Origin: a virus
Taxonomy: Duplodnaviria > Heunggongvirae > Uroviricota > Caudoviricetes
DNA: 35,061 nt
Direction: 5' to 3' (one strand)
Virus record (IMG/VR): IMGVR_UViG_2654587570_000013
Coordinates: 1 to 35,061 of that record
Every line of letters begins with the position of its first letter. Positions within the stretch are counted from its first letter, which is position 1. The notes beneath the pieces were generated by a model. The model saw nothing but the letters and a program-made list of their open reading frames with translations. It did no database searches and had not been told where the DNA came from. The translations under genes and the position numbers were made by a program. Positions 16,328-25,693 of the stretch are shown one piece after another.

Positions 16328-19300
16328 TTACCCTAATTTAGCTTCAATTGCAGCAAGACGTTCACGAAGAAGTTTATTTTCTTCGCTCATTTCTTGGACC
16401 GCTTTAATTAAAAGCGCGTTCACTGCGGAGTTTGAAATTGTTAAAATTTCTTCTGGGTTATCAAAACCACCAATTTTTGCGGTTTTAACAGCTTCCGGTA
16501 ATACCTCTTGTAAATCCTGTGCGATAATACCAATCTCATGACCTATAACTTCTCGGTCATTAAGAGATTTAACTTTATCGTAGGTTTTAACTTTGAGTTT
16601 ATTTACCTTATCCACCGCATTTTCTTCGTAATCTTCAACATTAATTTTCAGACGACGATCGGAACGAATATAAACATCGTTAAAGTTACCATTACCAGGA
16701 CAGTAAAAAGTACCATCATGATGGAACTCGAATACAGCTTGAGGGTGACCAGCCGCTGGCGATGCCTCCGCAGATCCAACACGAATAATTGCTTGCCCCC
16801 AATTTTGAGGAACACGACGCATACCAAAATCGACGGCAGTTGTATACCCTTGATTGGTGATTAAACTTCTTCCTTTGATAATCGGATAATAACAGTCCGG
16901 TGAAACATAGCCATGATCGACAAATATTGGCGCTTCTAAGCCCCATTGATCACCCCAACCTCCAGATTGGCTAGCAGTCCAACGTTCACCATGAACATAG
17001 AATCGAACGTTATTGACATGAGTCATTTCGACACCTTTTGGACTTAGCGCGATATCCCCCGCGTTTGTAATATTGATAGCAGCATTAGTAGCATAGCTAT
17101 AGAACGCTAATCCATTATCAGCACCACCTTTACCGATATACCAGTTGTTATTATCAGCACAAGTACCCAACAAATATATCGACGAATCGCCCGTTTCGGC
17201 ATTCATGATGATTGCGTCAGAACCACGATTAACTTTAAGTTTCCCGAAGAAGGTGTTTTTAATGGTATTATCACCCAATCGTTCAAATTCGGCTAAAAAT
17301 CCTTTTGAGTCACGAAGGCTTAAAACGTTATTTCGACCTGTATTGCTTGCCCCCCAATGGACGAGTTCCATATAGTCCATAGATTGACGAGAACCAGCTT
17401 TAAAGAAAAGATTGTCCTCAAGACGAGTGCTACCATCAATTCCAAGATGCAAACAGCGTGCGGTCGCTGTGCCACCTAGATCTAATCCACCACCAGCAAA
17501 ATCATAACTAAATGGTCTACGGCTATTCCACCCACCGAAAGAATCACCGTGATCTGTGGAAAGAATATGGAAGCTAGTTCCATCATTACGGAACATCAAA
17601 CCATAATTACCACCTTTAACAGCCAAACGAGCATTTTCAGATAATGCAACTTCGCTATTCATTACAATTTTCTGGCCTTTACCACCAGTAATATGTAATT
17701 CACCATCTTCAATCAGGTTTATCGAGTTTTGACCGTTATCATTCCACCAAATAAAATCTTTGGTTGTTCCATCACCGAAGCCAAACCAGCCATTACGAAC
17801 ATCTTGTCCAGTGCGATAATCCATGAAATTAAAATGGCTTGATTCGTTTGGTCCTCGACGAATATCAATACCAGAATTTCCACCAACACCACCATCCAAT
17901 GTTAATCTCTTGACATGTAACCCGGTTGTTGCTGTCAGCAATAATTCCTGATTTGTATCTTCGTATCCAGTAGCAAGACGATATGCGTTATCATCAACTG
18001 TCTCATGCCAGATAGTGGCAGGAGCAGAACTACGGAAGCGACGCAACATTTTCTTAGCATTTGTTTGCTGTTCGTTCAAATGCTCAATGTCATATTGGCC
18101 TTGATGGTTTCCAGCAAAATTTAACGTTCCACGGTTGCTAAAGTTATTGAACGATGAAATGTTAAGAGCATCAAAAATTTCATCTGCAACAGGTTTTTCA
18201 CCGCCCAGGTATTCAGGAGTATCCAACAGGTTTAAAGAAACACCACCGGAAGAAACTTGATATTCTGCTAAAACAAATCCTGTATGTGCACCATAGTAAG
18301 CGTAAAGATCATAATTGTCGCCATCGGTTGGAATAGCGCAAAAATGTTGTTCATAATGCCAAATAGTATAATACGCATTGAATACAACACCTTTCGGGCT
18401 ATTGTTGCCGCATCGAATCACCAATTCGATAATATTGGCTTGTCCATTCATCCCGACGTTATAACCGTTACCACCAACTAAGCGGATCTTAGCACTACGA
18501 CCGTGTTGCTGTGGCATTGTCAAAGTGCCTAGTTTAAACCAACCACCCTCGATCCCAAAATTAAGCGTCTTCTGGAACAGTCGGTCAATTTCTGCTTTCG
18601 AATATGCGCCAATTTCGGCAGGAGTAGGTTTATCACCTTCATGATACATGCGGTGAGAATATGCCAAATGACCCAATTCATCATAGCCGTATGTTCTTAC
18701 CGTATGAACCGGATTAGACCCATAAGTGAACTCAAAGCCACGAGCATGATTAACACCAGATGGATGCGGAACATGCAAGATCATTGCAATATGACCCGCC
18801 AGGTCATTCATGCGGAATGCACCAAAGTAATCAAGATTACGCGCATTTGGATCATCAAAATAGTTTGCGGTCTTAGACAGCAAATAACCATCAGTATAAG
18901 TGTTTACGTGTTTTTTGATGTACTTGCCATCAGCAGATCCATCGGCTGCATCAATACGGCTTTCTAAGCGTGCCAATTCAGAATCAGTGTAAGACTTGTT
19001 ATTGTCAACTTTGCTATGAATTGCTGTATTTTTGGCTTCAACATCACGGGTTAATGCTGCGACGTTATCCGCTGCCTCTTGCTTATTGGCTGCAATCACA
19101 CCAGTAAGGTTATTGTAGGTGTCAGTTAACTGATTTTCCGCATAGACTTTATTTGCTGCGATAGTGCGGTCAGTTTCTGTCTTAATCAGATCAACTTTGT
19201 CATTGATTGCTTTGTCATTACTTGCGATTGTCGCGTCGGTACGGGATTTAATATCATCAACTTTTTTATTGATGCGGGTATCCAGTTCCTGGGTTGCTAC

Positions 19301-19738
19301 AGCAGCCGCATTTTTATTAGCGTTGATGGTATCCGACAATTCAGCTTTAACACCAGCAAGGTCGGAAGCAGCTTTATTTTTATTGGCCTCGATTGTCGCG
19401 TCGGTTTCGCGTTTAATTACATCAACTTTATTGTTAATTTCTGCGTGATTTGCTGCGATGGTTGCATCAGTAGTTTGTTTAATTTCATCTACTTTAGCGT
19501 GAATATTGCGGTCATTTACTGCAATTGTGCTATCCAGTTCTTGTTTGTTAGCATCAACTTTAGATTCTAGTGCCGCGTGAGTTTCAGGAGAAACAGAGAT
19601 TTGAACTACTTCATGATCTCGGTCTTTGGTAAAAATAACATGGTCTTTAAGGTTGATTGCTACCTCACCGACCTGTAATTGTTCCGGCGTTGGTTTTTTG
19701 CCAGAAACATTTGTTCGTTTAAATTGGATCGACTGCAT
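16328..19738 (-). CDS. tail fibre/tailspike with C-terminal intramolecular chaperone (peptidase S74-type) domain
   Basis: 1136 aa; N-terminal array of roughly 22-aa shaft repeats (KVDxIKxxTDATIxAN); C-terminal ~110 aa has the S-DxRxK autoproteolysis signature (YIRS/DRRLK) and a terminal coiled coil, as in T5 L-shaped fibre and K1F endosialidase chaperone domains. Confidence 0.85.
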   Translation of the reverse strand: MQSIQFKRTNVSGKKPTPEQLQVGEVAINLKDHVIFTKDRDHEVVQISVSPETHAALESKVDANKQELDSTIAVNDRNIHAKVDEIKQTTDATIAANHAEINNKVDVIKRETDATIEANKNKAASDLAGVKAELSDTINANKNAAAVATQELDTRINKKVDDIKSRTDATIASNDKAINDKVDLIKTETDRTIAANKVYAENQLTDTYNNLTGVIAANKQEAADNVAALTRDVEAKNTAIHSKVDNNKSYTDSELARLESRIDAADGSADGKYIKKHVNTYTDGYLLSKTANYFDDPNARNLDYFGAFRMNDLAGHIAMILHVPHPSGVNHARGFEFTYGSNPVHTVRTYGYDELGHLAYSHRMYHEGDKPTPAEIGAYSKAEIDRLFQKTLNFGIEGGWFKLGTLTMPQQHGRSAKIRLVGGNGYNVGMNGQANIIELVIRCGNNSPKGVVFNAYYTIWHYEQHFCAIPTDGDNYDLYAYYGAHTGFVLAEYQVSSGGVSLNLLDTPEYLGGEKPVADEIFDALNISSFNNFSNRGTLNFAGNHQGQYDIEHLNEQQTNAKKMLRRFRSSAPATIWHETVDDNAYRLATGYEDTNQELLLTATTGLHVKRLTLDGGVGGNSGIDIRRGPNESSHFNFMDYRTGQDVRNGWFGFGDGTTKDFIWWNDNGQNSINLIEDGELHITGGKGQKIVMNSEVALSENARLAVKGGNYGLMFRNDGTSFHILSTDHGDSFGGWNSRRPFSYDFAGGGLDLGGTATARCLHLGIDGSTRLEDNLFFKAGSRQSMDYMELVHWGASNTGRNNVLSLRDSKGFLAEFERLGDNTIKNTFFGKLKVNRGSDAIIMNAETGDSSIYLLGTCADNNNWYIGKGGADNGLAFYSYATNAAINITNAGDIALSPKGVEMTHVNNVRFYVHGERWTASQSGGWGDQWGLEAPIFVDHGYVSPDCYYPIIKGRSLITNQGYTTAVDFGMRRVPQNWGQAIIRVGSAEASPAAGHPQAVFEFHHDGTFYCPGNGNFNDVYIRSDRRLKINVEDYEENAVDKVNKLKVKTYDKVKSLNDREVIGHEIGIIAQDLQEVLPEAVKTAKIGGFDNPEEILTISNSAVNALLIKAVQEMSEENKLLRERLAAIEAKLG

Positions 19739-19767
19739 CGAATCACCTCACTATAAAACAGGAATAA

Positions 19768-19785
19768 GGGAGGCGTTAACCTCCC
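19768..19785 (-). terminator. hairpin (attenuator) between V-like gene and fibre gene
   Basis: GGGAGG-cgttaa-CCTCCC stem-loop; flanking sequence only moderately T-rich. Confidence 0.3.
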
Positions 19786-19811
19786 GCGTCATGTTTTATT
19801 TAGAGAAGCAA

Positions 19812-20645
19812 TCAGTATTCCCCGAAGTCGATCCGGTCATGGATAGAAACGGCTTCAATCTCGGCTGGTGTCGGTTTTTCTTCTGTGGAATACACTTTCA
19901 CCCATCCAGAATTACCGTCTTTCTGGACTGTGCGAACTCGTAAACGTGGTGCGCCGGAAGCGGTGCAAGTTAATTGCCATCCACCATCTTCATTAGGTTG
20001 AACGTGAATTAGTGAAGTATCAGCACTAAATGGATTAGATACGCTCGATCCCTGATAAGTTACGAAACGGTTTCCGGCTAATGCTTCGCTATCAATCGGA
20101 CCTATGAATGGGCTAACGCCTGAACCTACGCCATAATCCCCTTGTCGCAGAATTTTTCCCTCGGTCGCGATACCCCTTGCAAGAATCCCGCCATCTGGTT
20201 CAAGTTTAAATTCCAGTGTTACAGCTTTGTTATCTGCGCCACGGGTTTTATGTGATGTGACGTAAGCATCGAATATACAAAAGTACCCTGTGTTAGCAGC
20301 ACTATAGCCAGAGTTCACAACATAGAACATACGGAAGCGTAAAGGTGTTTTATCCTCTACCGCTTTCATCAACATTGCTTGATGTTCGTCATCCAGAACA
20401 CGGTTTAACGTGAGTGTTGTCGGTTCCAGTTTACGATAACCAGCAAGTTTCCCCGTAGCGTCCTGGTCATACTCTTCTAACGTCTGGATCTCTGTGGATT
20501 CGGTTATCGTCGGAAATGCTGCGATGTTCTCGATAGGACTAAAGCTAGGATCGAAAAAGTCCGGCTGGTTATCCACCATAGTAGACACGGAGACTTCAAC
20601 ATGCGACCCCGTGAAAATGTCTAAGTTATCTTGTGTAATATTCAT
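19812..20645 (-). CDS. tail tube-fold protein with C-terminal extra domain (lambda V-like major tail protein or tail terminator)
   Basis: 277 aa; TLTLNRVLDDEHQAMLMKAVEDKTPLRFRMF resembles the same V-like segment; C-terminal ~100 aa beta-rich domain carrying a KPTPAEI motif also present in the fibre. Confidence 0.5.
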   Translation of the reverse strand: MNITQDNLDIFTGSHVEVSVSTMVDNQPDFFDPSFSPIENIAAFPTITESTEIQTLEEYDQDATGKLAGYRKLEPTTLTLNRVLDDEHQAMLMKAVEDKTPLRFRMFYVVNSGYSAANTGYFCIFDAYVTSHKTRGADNKAVTLEFKLEPDGGILARGIATEGKILRQGDYGVGSGVSPFIGPIDSEALAGNRFVTYQGSSVSNPFSADTSLIHVQPNEDGGWQLTCTASGAPRLRVRTVQKDGNSGWVKVYSTEEKPTPAEIEAVSIHDRIDFGEY

Positions 20646-20654
20646 TATTACCCC

Positions 20655-21077
20655 TTAAAAACGCGCTAGATAAGAAAATTTAAGGCTAAGTGTCCCAACG
20701 ATACCCCCATCACTAGAATCATCGTCATAATCGGTATTAGAGGCTACTGGAGTGATATCTGAAATAGAGAAGCCCAAATCTTTAAAACGTGGATTATCCG
20801 GCTGAATCTGGATTATCTGGCAAATACCCTCATGAATTTTGGTTTCATGATTCTGAGAATACAACTGCATTTCGATAACGCATTCAGCTTGCATTGCATT
20901 ACCACCACGGACCCTATTGTAAGTCTCATTCATTCCGGTAATCCAACAAACCACGTCATCACTAAAGCCTTGCTGAGTTTGTTCTACGTTTAAAGCCAGA
21001 CCTAAATCTTGTTCGATAATATCCTGCAAGGCGCGTTTGATTTTCAGTCTAGGCATATTATTAACGGTAGCGAGCAT
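20655..21077 (-). CDS. head-tail joining / tail completion protein (by position)
   Basis: Start placed at MLATVNN, which has a GGGGG SD; the ORF track extends to 21125. Located between the capsid and tail genes. Confidence 0.45.
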   Translation of the reverse strand: MLATVNNMPRLKIKRALQDIIEQDLGLALNVEQTQQGFSDDVVCWITGMNETYNRVRGGNAMQAECVIEMQLYSQNHETKIHEGICQIIQIQPDNPRFKDLGFSISDITPVASNTDYDDDSSDGGIVGTLSLKFSYLARF

Positions 21078-21351
21078 GTGTACCCCCTGCACGAGCAATA
21101 AAGCAATCAGAAGTATTATCACCATTGCGCTTAACGTATTGAACTTTGAAACGCTGATTTTCTACAGTGACAACATCACCCTGATTTAAGTCTCCCTCAC
21201 GACAAAATAGAAATTCTGTCTCTGTCATTACCCCTTGTTCGTCGGTAGTAGTAATTTCATGATAAGCACGAATTGATTTACCACCTTCCACCGAAAATAC
21301 AGGAGCACTTCGGAACATTCTTGATAATTGTGATTCTGATAATTTGAACAT
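21061..21351 (-). CDS. head-tail connector protein (by position)
   Basis: 96-aa ORF immediately downstream of the capsid gene and its terminator. Confidence 0.45.
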   Translation of the reverse strand: MFKLSESQLSRMFRSAPVFSVEGGKSIRAYHEITTTDEQGVMTETEFLFCREGDLNQGDVVTVENQRFKVQYVKRNGDNTSDCFIARAGGTHARYR

Positions 21352-21386
21352 AGTTACCCCCTTTATGGAGTATTTACATACAAAAA

Positions 21387-21408
21387 AGCCCCACCGTTAG
21401 GCAGGGCT
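21387..21408 (-). terminator. weak hairpin plus T-run after the capsid gene
   Basis: AGCCC ... GGGCT stem; on the minus strand followed by TTTTTTG. Confidence 0.3.
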
Positions 21409-21545
21409 AATTATTATTTTGCTTTAGTCTTACGTTCTTTTTTAACTGTGGCTTTCGCCGTAACCGTCTGAGATTCTTCTTCCTGAGATGGAATCAGATT
21501 TTCTTCCCCCAAATCGGGGGAAGGTTCAGATGGTTCTACGTTATT

Positions 21546-23558
21546 TCATTCAGCGGAGATGTGAAGAACTTTCAGAGCTTCCGGCTGAACTACGGTGAAG
21601 TCCAGGTCTACCCAGATACGCGGAACGATAGCAGACTGTGCGCGGTAAGTGGTGTCGTCCATATCCAGTTCCAGACCACCCCATTCACCGATCATGATAC
21701 CGGAGAAGTCACCCAGAACGATGTGGTCTGCCGGAATAACGCCAGAAGTAACTACATCGTAACCAGCCAGTTTGCCGTTTTCGATGATATAACCGGAAAC
21801 GCCGTTATCTTTCAGGGTAGATTCCAGTTCAGCAGCAGTTGCACCGCTCATTGCAAACTTGATGGACTGTGCCGGAACGCCAGCGTCGGTCAGTGCTGCA
21901 ATTTCTTTCAGGAAGTCTTTGTAAGAGAAAGCAGCTTTCTTAGTAACGCGACCACCGTCTACCAGTTGCTTAACCAAACCTTTCGGACCGCGAGTATTGT
22001 CTTTGTCAGACAGAATCAGTTGTTCCAGTTTGATGCGAACAGCTTTGTTAATATGATCAGTGATCAGGGTAGCAATATTCGGAACAGTTTTCAGAGACTG
22101 ACGGCTGATCGGGTTGCCACCAGCAAAAGTTTTCGGAGCCATTTTCACGTTTTCAAAGGTAGCCTTCGACTCGGGGGCACTTCCATTTTCGTCTACAAAA
22201 CCAAAGGCATCAACGCTGGAAGCAGTCATTTTCGGTACAGCGATCGGGCTATTCAGACCAGACAGGACGGTCACGCCCAGACGACCCAGACACGAAGCAG
22301 GAAGCAGCATTTCGATGTATGATTCAGTCAGCAGTTTTTCGTCAGTTACAGCGGTCAGAGTAGTTTTGGTGTTACCATCAGCAGCAGCACGCAGAGCAGC
22401 AGCCGGAACGAATACAGAGCCACCGCGAGCAGCACGACCACGCTGCATTGCAGCACCAGCAGCCATAGCGGAATATTCAGCTTCGTTAGCACCCAGAGCA
22501 GCACCATCTACCAGAGAGCGAATTACGTTGTTCAGGTCAAAAGTTTTTTCCATTTTAGAGTCCTTAATTTGTTGTTCGTTGTTACGTTGAGCAGTAGCGA
22601 TTTTATTTAGTGCCTTAGTGCGGAATGCTTCCGGCGTAATTTCTTTATTTGCCAATGCGCGTTTAAATTCTTCATCGTCTTCGTTAATATTTAGCTCGCG
22701 AGCGATCTCGCGAATTTCTAATTCGTCTTCTTCGGAACGTTCAGCCACTTCTTCGATTTTTTCTTCTTCAACCGGAGCGGCTTCACGTTCTTCTTTTACT
22801 TCTTCTGCTTCCCGAACAGTTGAACTATCATCATCAACACTTTCAGGATGTTCAGCGTCTTTTCCGTCTTCGAGATTTTCATTTTCTTTATTCTCTTCAA
22901 CTTGGCGCTCTTGAGTTTCTTCAACTTCCGGTTCTTTATTTTCTTCTACCGGAGTTTCTTCAACCTGAGCGGCTTCTTGTTCTTCTTTGATTTCTTCGAT
23001 TTGTTCTTTAGTCATATCGCGTTTAGCCTCCAAATTAACTGTGATAGTATTTAGAGAGCGATTTAAACCGACCGAATCATCAGCAGGAACGGTGACAAAT
23101 GAGAGTTCATAGGGCGCCCACTTAGTAACAATCAATTGCCCTTTGGCGTAATCGATGTGATATTCTTTAATGTCATAGCCGACAGAAATTTTTTCCATCG
23201 TACCTTCAATGACTTTATTGCGAATATCATTAGCCAAAGTGCCATGCTTAGAGAATTTAACCAGAGCACGACCTACGTTATCCGCATCGATTCGAGCGTC
23301 GCAGACTACACCTAAATGATTATCGAAATTATGATTGAACAGCAACGGAGCGTTATTATTCAGACGAGACAGATCAACCGCTTCCGGTGTATGTACCAGA
23401 ATTTCATCTAGTACCACCATCTCTTGATTTTGCTCATCCCAGAATTGGCGCTGATACGGCTGTTCACTGGAGAAAGCAATTTCAAATTCGTATTGATCGT
23501 TATGCCCTTCGTTAATAACTCCACCGTAACCGTTAAGATCGCGGCGAAATTTAAGCAT
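21546..23558 (-). CDS. prohead protease - acidic scaffold-like linker - HK97-fold major capsid protein (single ORF)
   Basis: 670 aa; N-terminal ~170 aa protease-like, central ~150 aa extremely acidic/coiled-coil, C-terminal ~330 aa Ala/Gly-rich capsid-like region; strong codon bias; internal ATG at 22553 has an AAGGA SD. Confidence 0.7.
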   Translation of the reverse strand: MLKFRRDLNGYGGVINEGHNDQYEFEIAFSSEQPYQRQFWDEQNQEMVVLDEILVHTPEAVDLSRLNNNAPLLFNHNFDNHLGVVCDARIDADNVGRALVKFSKHGTLANDIRNKVIEGTMEKISVGYDIKEYHIDYAKGQLIVTKWAPYELSFVTVPADDSVGLNRSLNTITVNLEAKRDMTKEQIEEIKEEQEAAQVEETPVEENKEPEVEETQERQVEENKENENLEDGKDAEHPESVDDDSSTVREAEEVKEEREAAPVEEEKIEEVAERSEEDELEIREIARELNINEDDEEFKRALANKEITPEAFRTKALNKIATAQRNNEQQIKDSKMEKTFDLNNVIRSLVDGAALGANEAEYSAMAAGAAMQRGRAARGGSVFVPAAALRAAADGNTKTTLTAVTDEKLLTESYIEMLLPASCLGRLGVTVLSGLNSPIAVPKMTASSVDAFGFVDENGSAPESKATFENVKMAPKTFAGGNPISRQSLKTVPNIATLITDHINKAVRIKLEQLILSDKDNTRGPKGLVKQLVDGGRVTKKAAFSYKDFLKEIAALTDAGVPAQSIKFAMSGATAAELESTLKDNGVSGYIIENGKLAGYDVVTSGVIPADHIVLGDFSGIMIGEWGGLELDMDDTTYRAQSAIVPRIWVDLDFTVVQPEALKVLHISAE

Positions 23559-23604
23559 TTAATCACCTTTAATTAATTGGGGGCATTGCGCCCCCCGTTG
23601 GTTA

Positions 23605-25116
23605 TTAGGGATCGGCTGGGGAATTTTTTTCTTCACCCTCGCCATCAACGATAATATTTAGTGCGCTCTTTTCGGCTTGAATCTCTGAGAATACTTTTTC
23701 AGGATCATCACCACGTTCAAGAATAACGGCAGTACGTGATTTAAGTCCTTTATCAATTAAAGCAATATCAGCGTTTACGTCTTTAATAACATCGACAGAC
23801 TCGAAACGCGGACGAATAATAGTTGTATTATCGATAATATGTGGAATTGCAGTAATACGAATCGGAACAATACCACGCGCGGAATAATGGCGTAGATACG
23901 CTTCGAAAATTGGCAATACCACTGTTTCAATCAATTTGTTTTGAAGTGCTTTAACGCGGTTACGTTGAAGTAGTTCACCAAAACGTGCGGCGCTGTAATT
24001 TATTTGGCTAGTATCGCCAGTTAAGCCCTGATTGAACACGCCAAGACCCATCGCTATACTCTTGAACATTCCATCATTGAAGCTGTTAAAGTCATCACCA
24101 CTTTGCGATGATTGAATTGACTTGATTGTTGCCCCTTCCGGCAATTCCTGAATAGTACCAGGCGCGAAATCGTGAATAACTTCCGGCGCTTGATATTGGT
24201 CTTCATCTTCACCAGTATCAAAATCGTCACCAGAATCTTTCGGACGCTCGATGAACGCCATGCTACAACTTGAAATTCGTTTATGTACCAGTACAGCTTC
24301 GCGGAATGCGTCTTGATGTGCGATATCCTTAATCACTGGCAGGAAGTCAGTCACACCACGCAGAGATTCAGCCGCAAGTGGTTGATAATAATGGCATACT
24401 TGCGAAGCATCTACGCGATAGTTATCACCTGTGTAGGTCTGAGTCAGTAGGTTGATTTTACGAAACCAGTATGCAACAGGGCGCATTGTGTGTAGGTCAT
24501 ACTCCACACCTTGATATATCGCACGCTCTTTGCTTACTTCACGGTTGAGCGACCAGTCGCACTTATCAGCAGACAGGATAGAAACATTTAACTCATTGTT
24601 TTCTTTAGTTAAAACGATGAAACACTCACCACCCATAACGCGCTCACGTTCAGCCATTACCAGCAGTTCACGGAAGTTAAAGCGACCGTTACGAGAGAAG
24701 CGTTTAGCATTCTGCGCCCACTTCCAGAAAGCATTCTCAATCTGCTTATTCAGTGCGCTATCAAGTTTGCCATTTGATTTAACGATTGATGGCTTCGGAT
24801 CTAGGCCAGTACCTACCACCATATCGGTTATGTATTGCGTGTAGCGACTGCCTACGGAAGTGTTTAAGGCCAGAGTACGACCCTGATCATAAAGGCGCTT
24901 ACCGTTCGATTTGAGAGCCTTATTGAAGGTTCCGGTGATAGTATCTTGTTGAAGCTGTCCATCAATGCGATCACCAACCAGTCCTAAACTCCGAGTCGCC
25001 AAAGATCTCTGGTATTTTTCTACTTGTTTGTCGATGAAAATTTTTGGTTGTTGCTGGCGGTGATTAGTTTTAACTGGAGTTTCTACCGCCTTTTTGCGTC
25101 GAAAAAGATTAAACAT
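23605..25116 (-). CDS. portal protein (lambda gpB family)
   Basis: 503 aa; KSIAMGLGVFNQGLTGDTSQINYSAARFG resembles the conserved lambda portal segment as recalled (IAAGLGVSYEQLSRNYAQMSYSTARAS); located after the terminase gene. Confidence 0.8.
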   Translation of the reverse strand: MFNLFRRKKAVETPVKTNHRQQQPKIFIDKQVEKYQRSLATRSLGLVGDRIDGQLQQDTITGTFNKALKSNGKRLYDQGRTLALNTSVGSRYTQYITDMVVGTGLDPKPSIVKSNGKLDSALNKQIENAFWKWAQNAKRFSRNGRFNFRELLVMAERERVMGGECFIVLTKENNELNVSILSADKCDWSLNREVSKERAIYQGVEYDLHTMRPVAYWFRKINLLTQTYTGDNYRVDASQVCHYYQPLAAESLRGVTDFLPVIKDIAHQDAFREAVLVHKRISSCSMAFIERPKDSGDDFDTGEDEDQYQAPEVIHDFAPGTIQELPEGATIKSIQSSQSGDDFNSFNDGMFKSIAMGLGVFNQGLTGDTSQINYSAARFGELLQRNRVKALQNKLIETVVLPIFEAYLRHYSARGIVPIRITAIPHIIDNTTIIRPRFESVDVIKDVNADIALIDKGLKSRTAVILERGDDPEKVFSEIQAEKSALNIIVDGEGEEKNSPADP

Positions 25117-25126
25117 GATTTACCCC

Positions 25127-25621
25127 TTATCGCGTAAGACGTAATTTGATATTTTTAATCGGGCTAATTCCCTGTTTACGTCGTTCGGCTTGAATTAATT
25201 TTGATAACTGACGTTCATAATCGACTTTTAGAGTCTGGAGAACAGCCAATGACTCATAGGCGAAAGTATTCCCTTTCACTGTCATTGCTGATAATGCGGC
25301 TTCGTCCCCAGATAAACGGGCGAAAATAACTTGCTCGATTAAGGCGATAGTTTCCCGCAGATATTCTTTTTTGGATTGTTTGGCGAATACTGGTAAAACA
25401 GTTAATTCCTGCATTGATACCAGTTCTTCTTCCAAAGTGGTTACGATGGTATATTTACCTTCGGCAAAATCTAAGGTTTTGATCTCATGATTAGCCGGAG
25501 TATCATCAACCTGATAAATGATACCTTTACTATTTCCTACCTGAATTGTTACACCCTCTTCATTCGCCAGCGTGATTTTTTCGCCTTTACGAATTACTAA
25601 GGGAATTAGTTCTAAACTCAT
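25127..25621 (-). CDS. hypothetical protein between terminase and portal genes
   Basis: 164-aa ORF in operon context; no motif recognised. Confidence 0.45.
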   Translation of the reverse strand: MSLELIPLVIRKGEKITLANEEGVTIQVGNSKGIIYQVDDTPANHEIKTLDFAEGKYTIVTTLEEELVSMQELTVLPVFAKQSKKEYLRETIALIEQVIFARLSGDEAALSAMTVKGNTFAYESLAVLQTLKVDYERQLSKLIQAERRKQGISPIKNIKLRLTR

Positions 25622-25693
25622 AATTACCCCTTATTTAATTGTTATTGGATTAACAATATTTAGGAGTAAGCCGCCCCGAAGGACGGCGAGTTA

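Noticed and set aside
21561-22590. Plus-strand ORFs of 253 and 158 aa
   Set aside because: Antisense to the capsid fusion ORF, which has strong codon bias and clear capsid/protease features; the same applies to 22618..23054.
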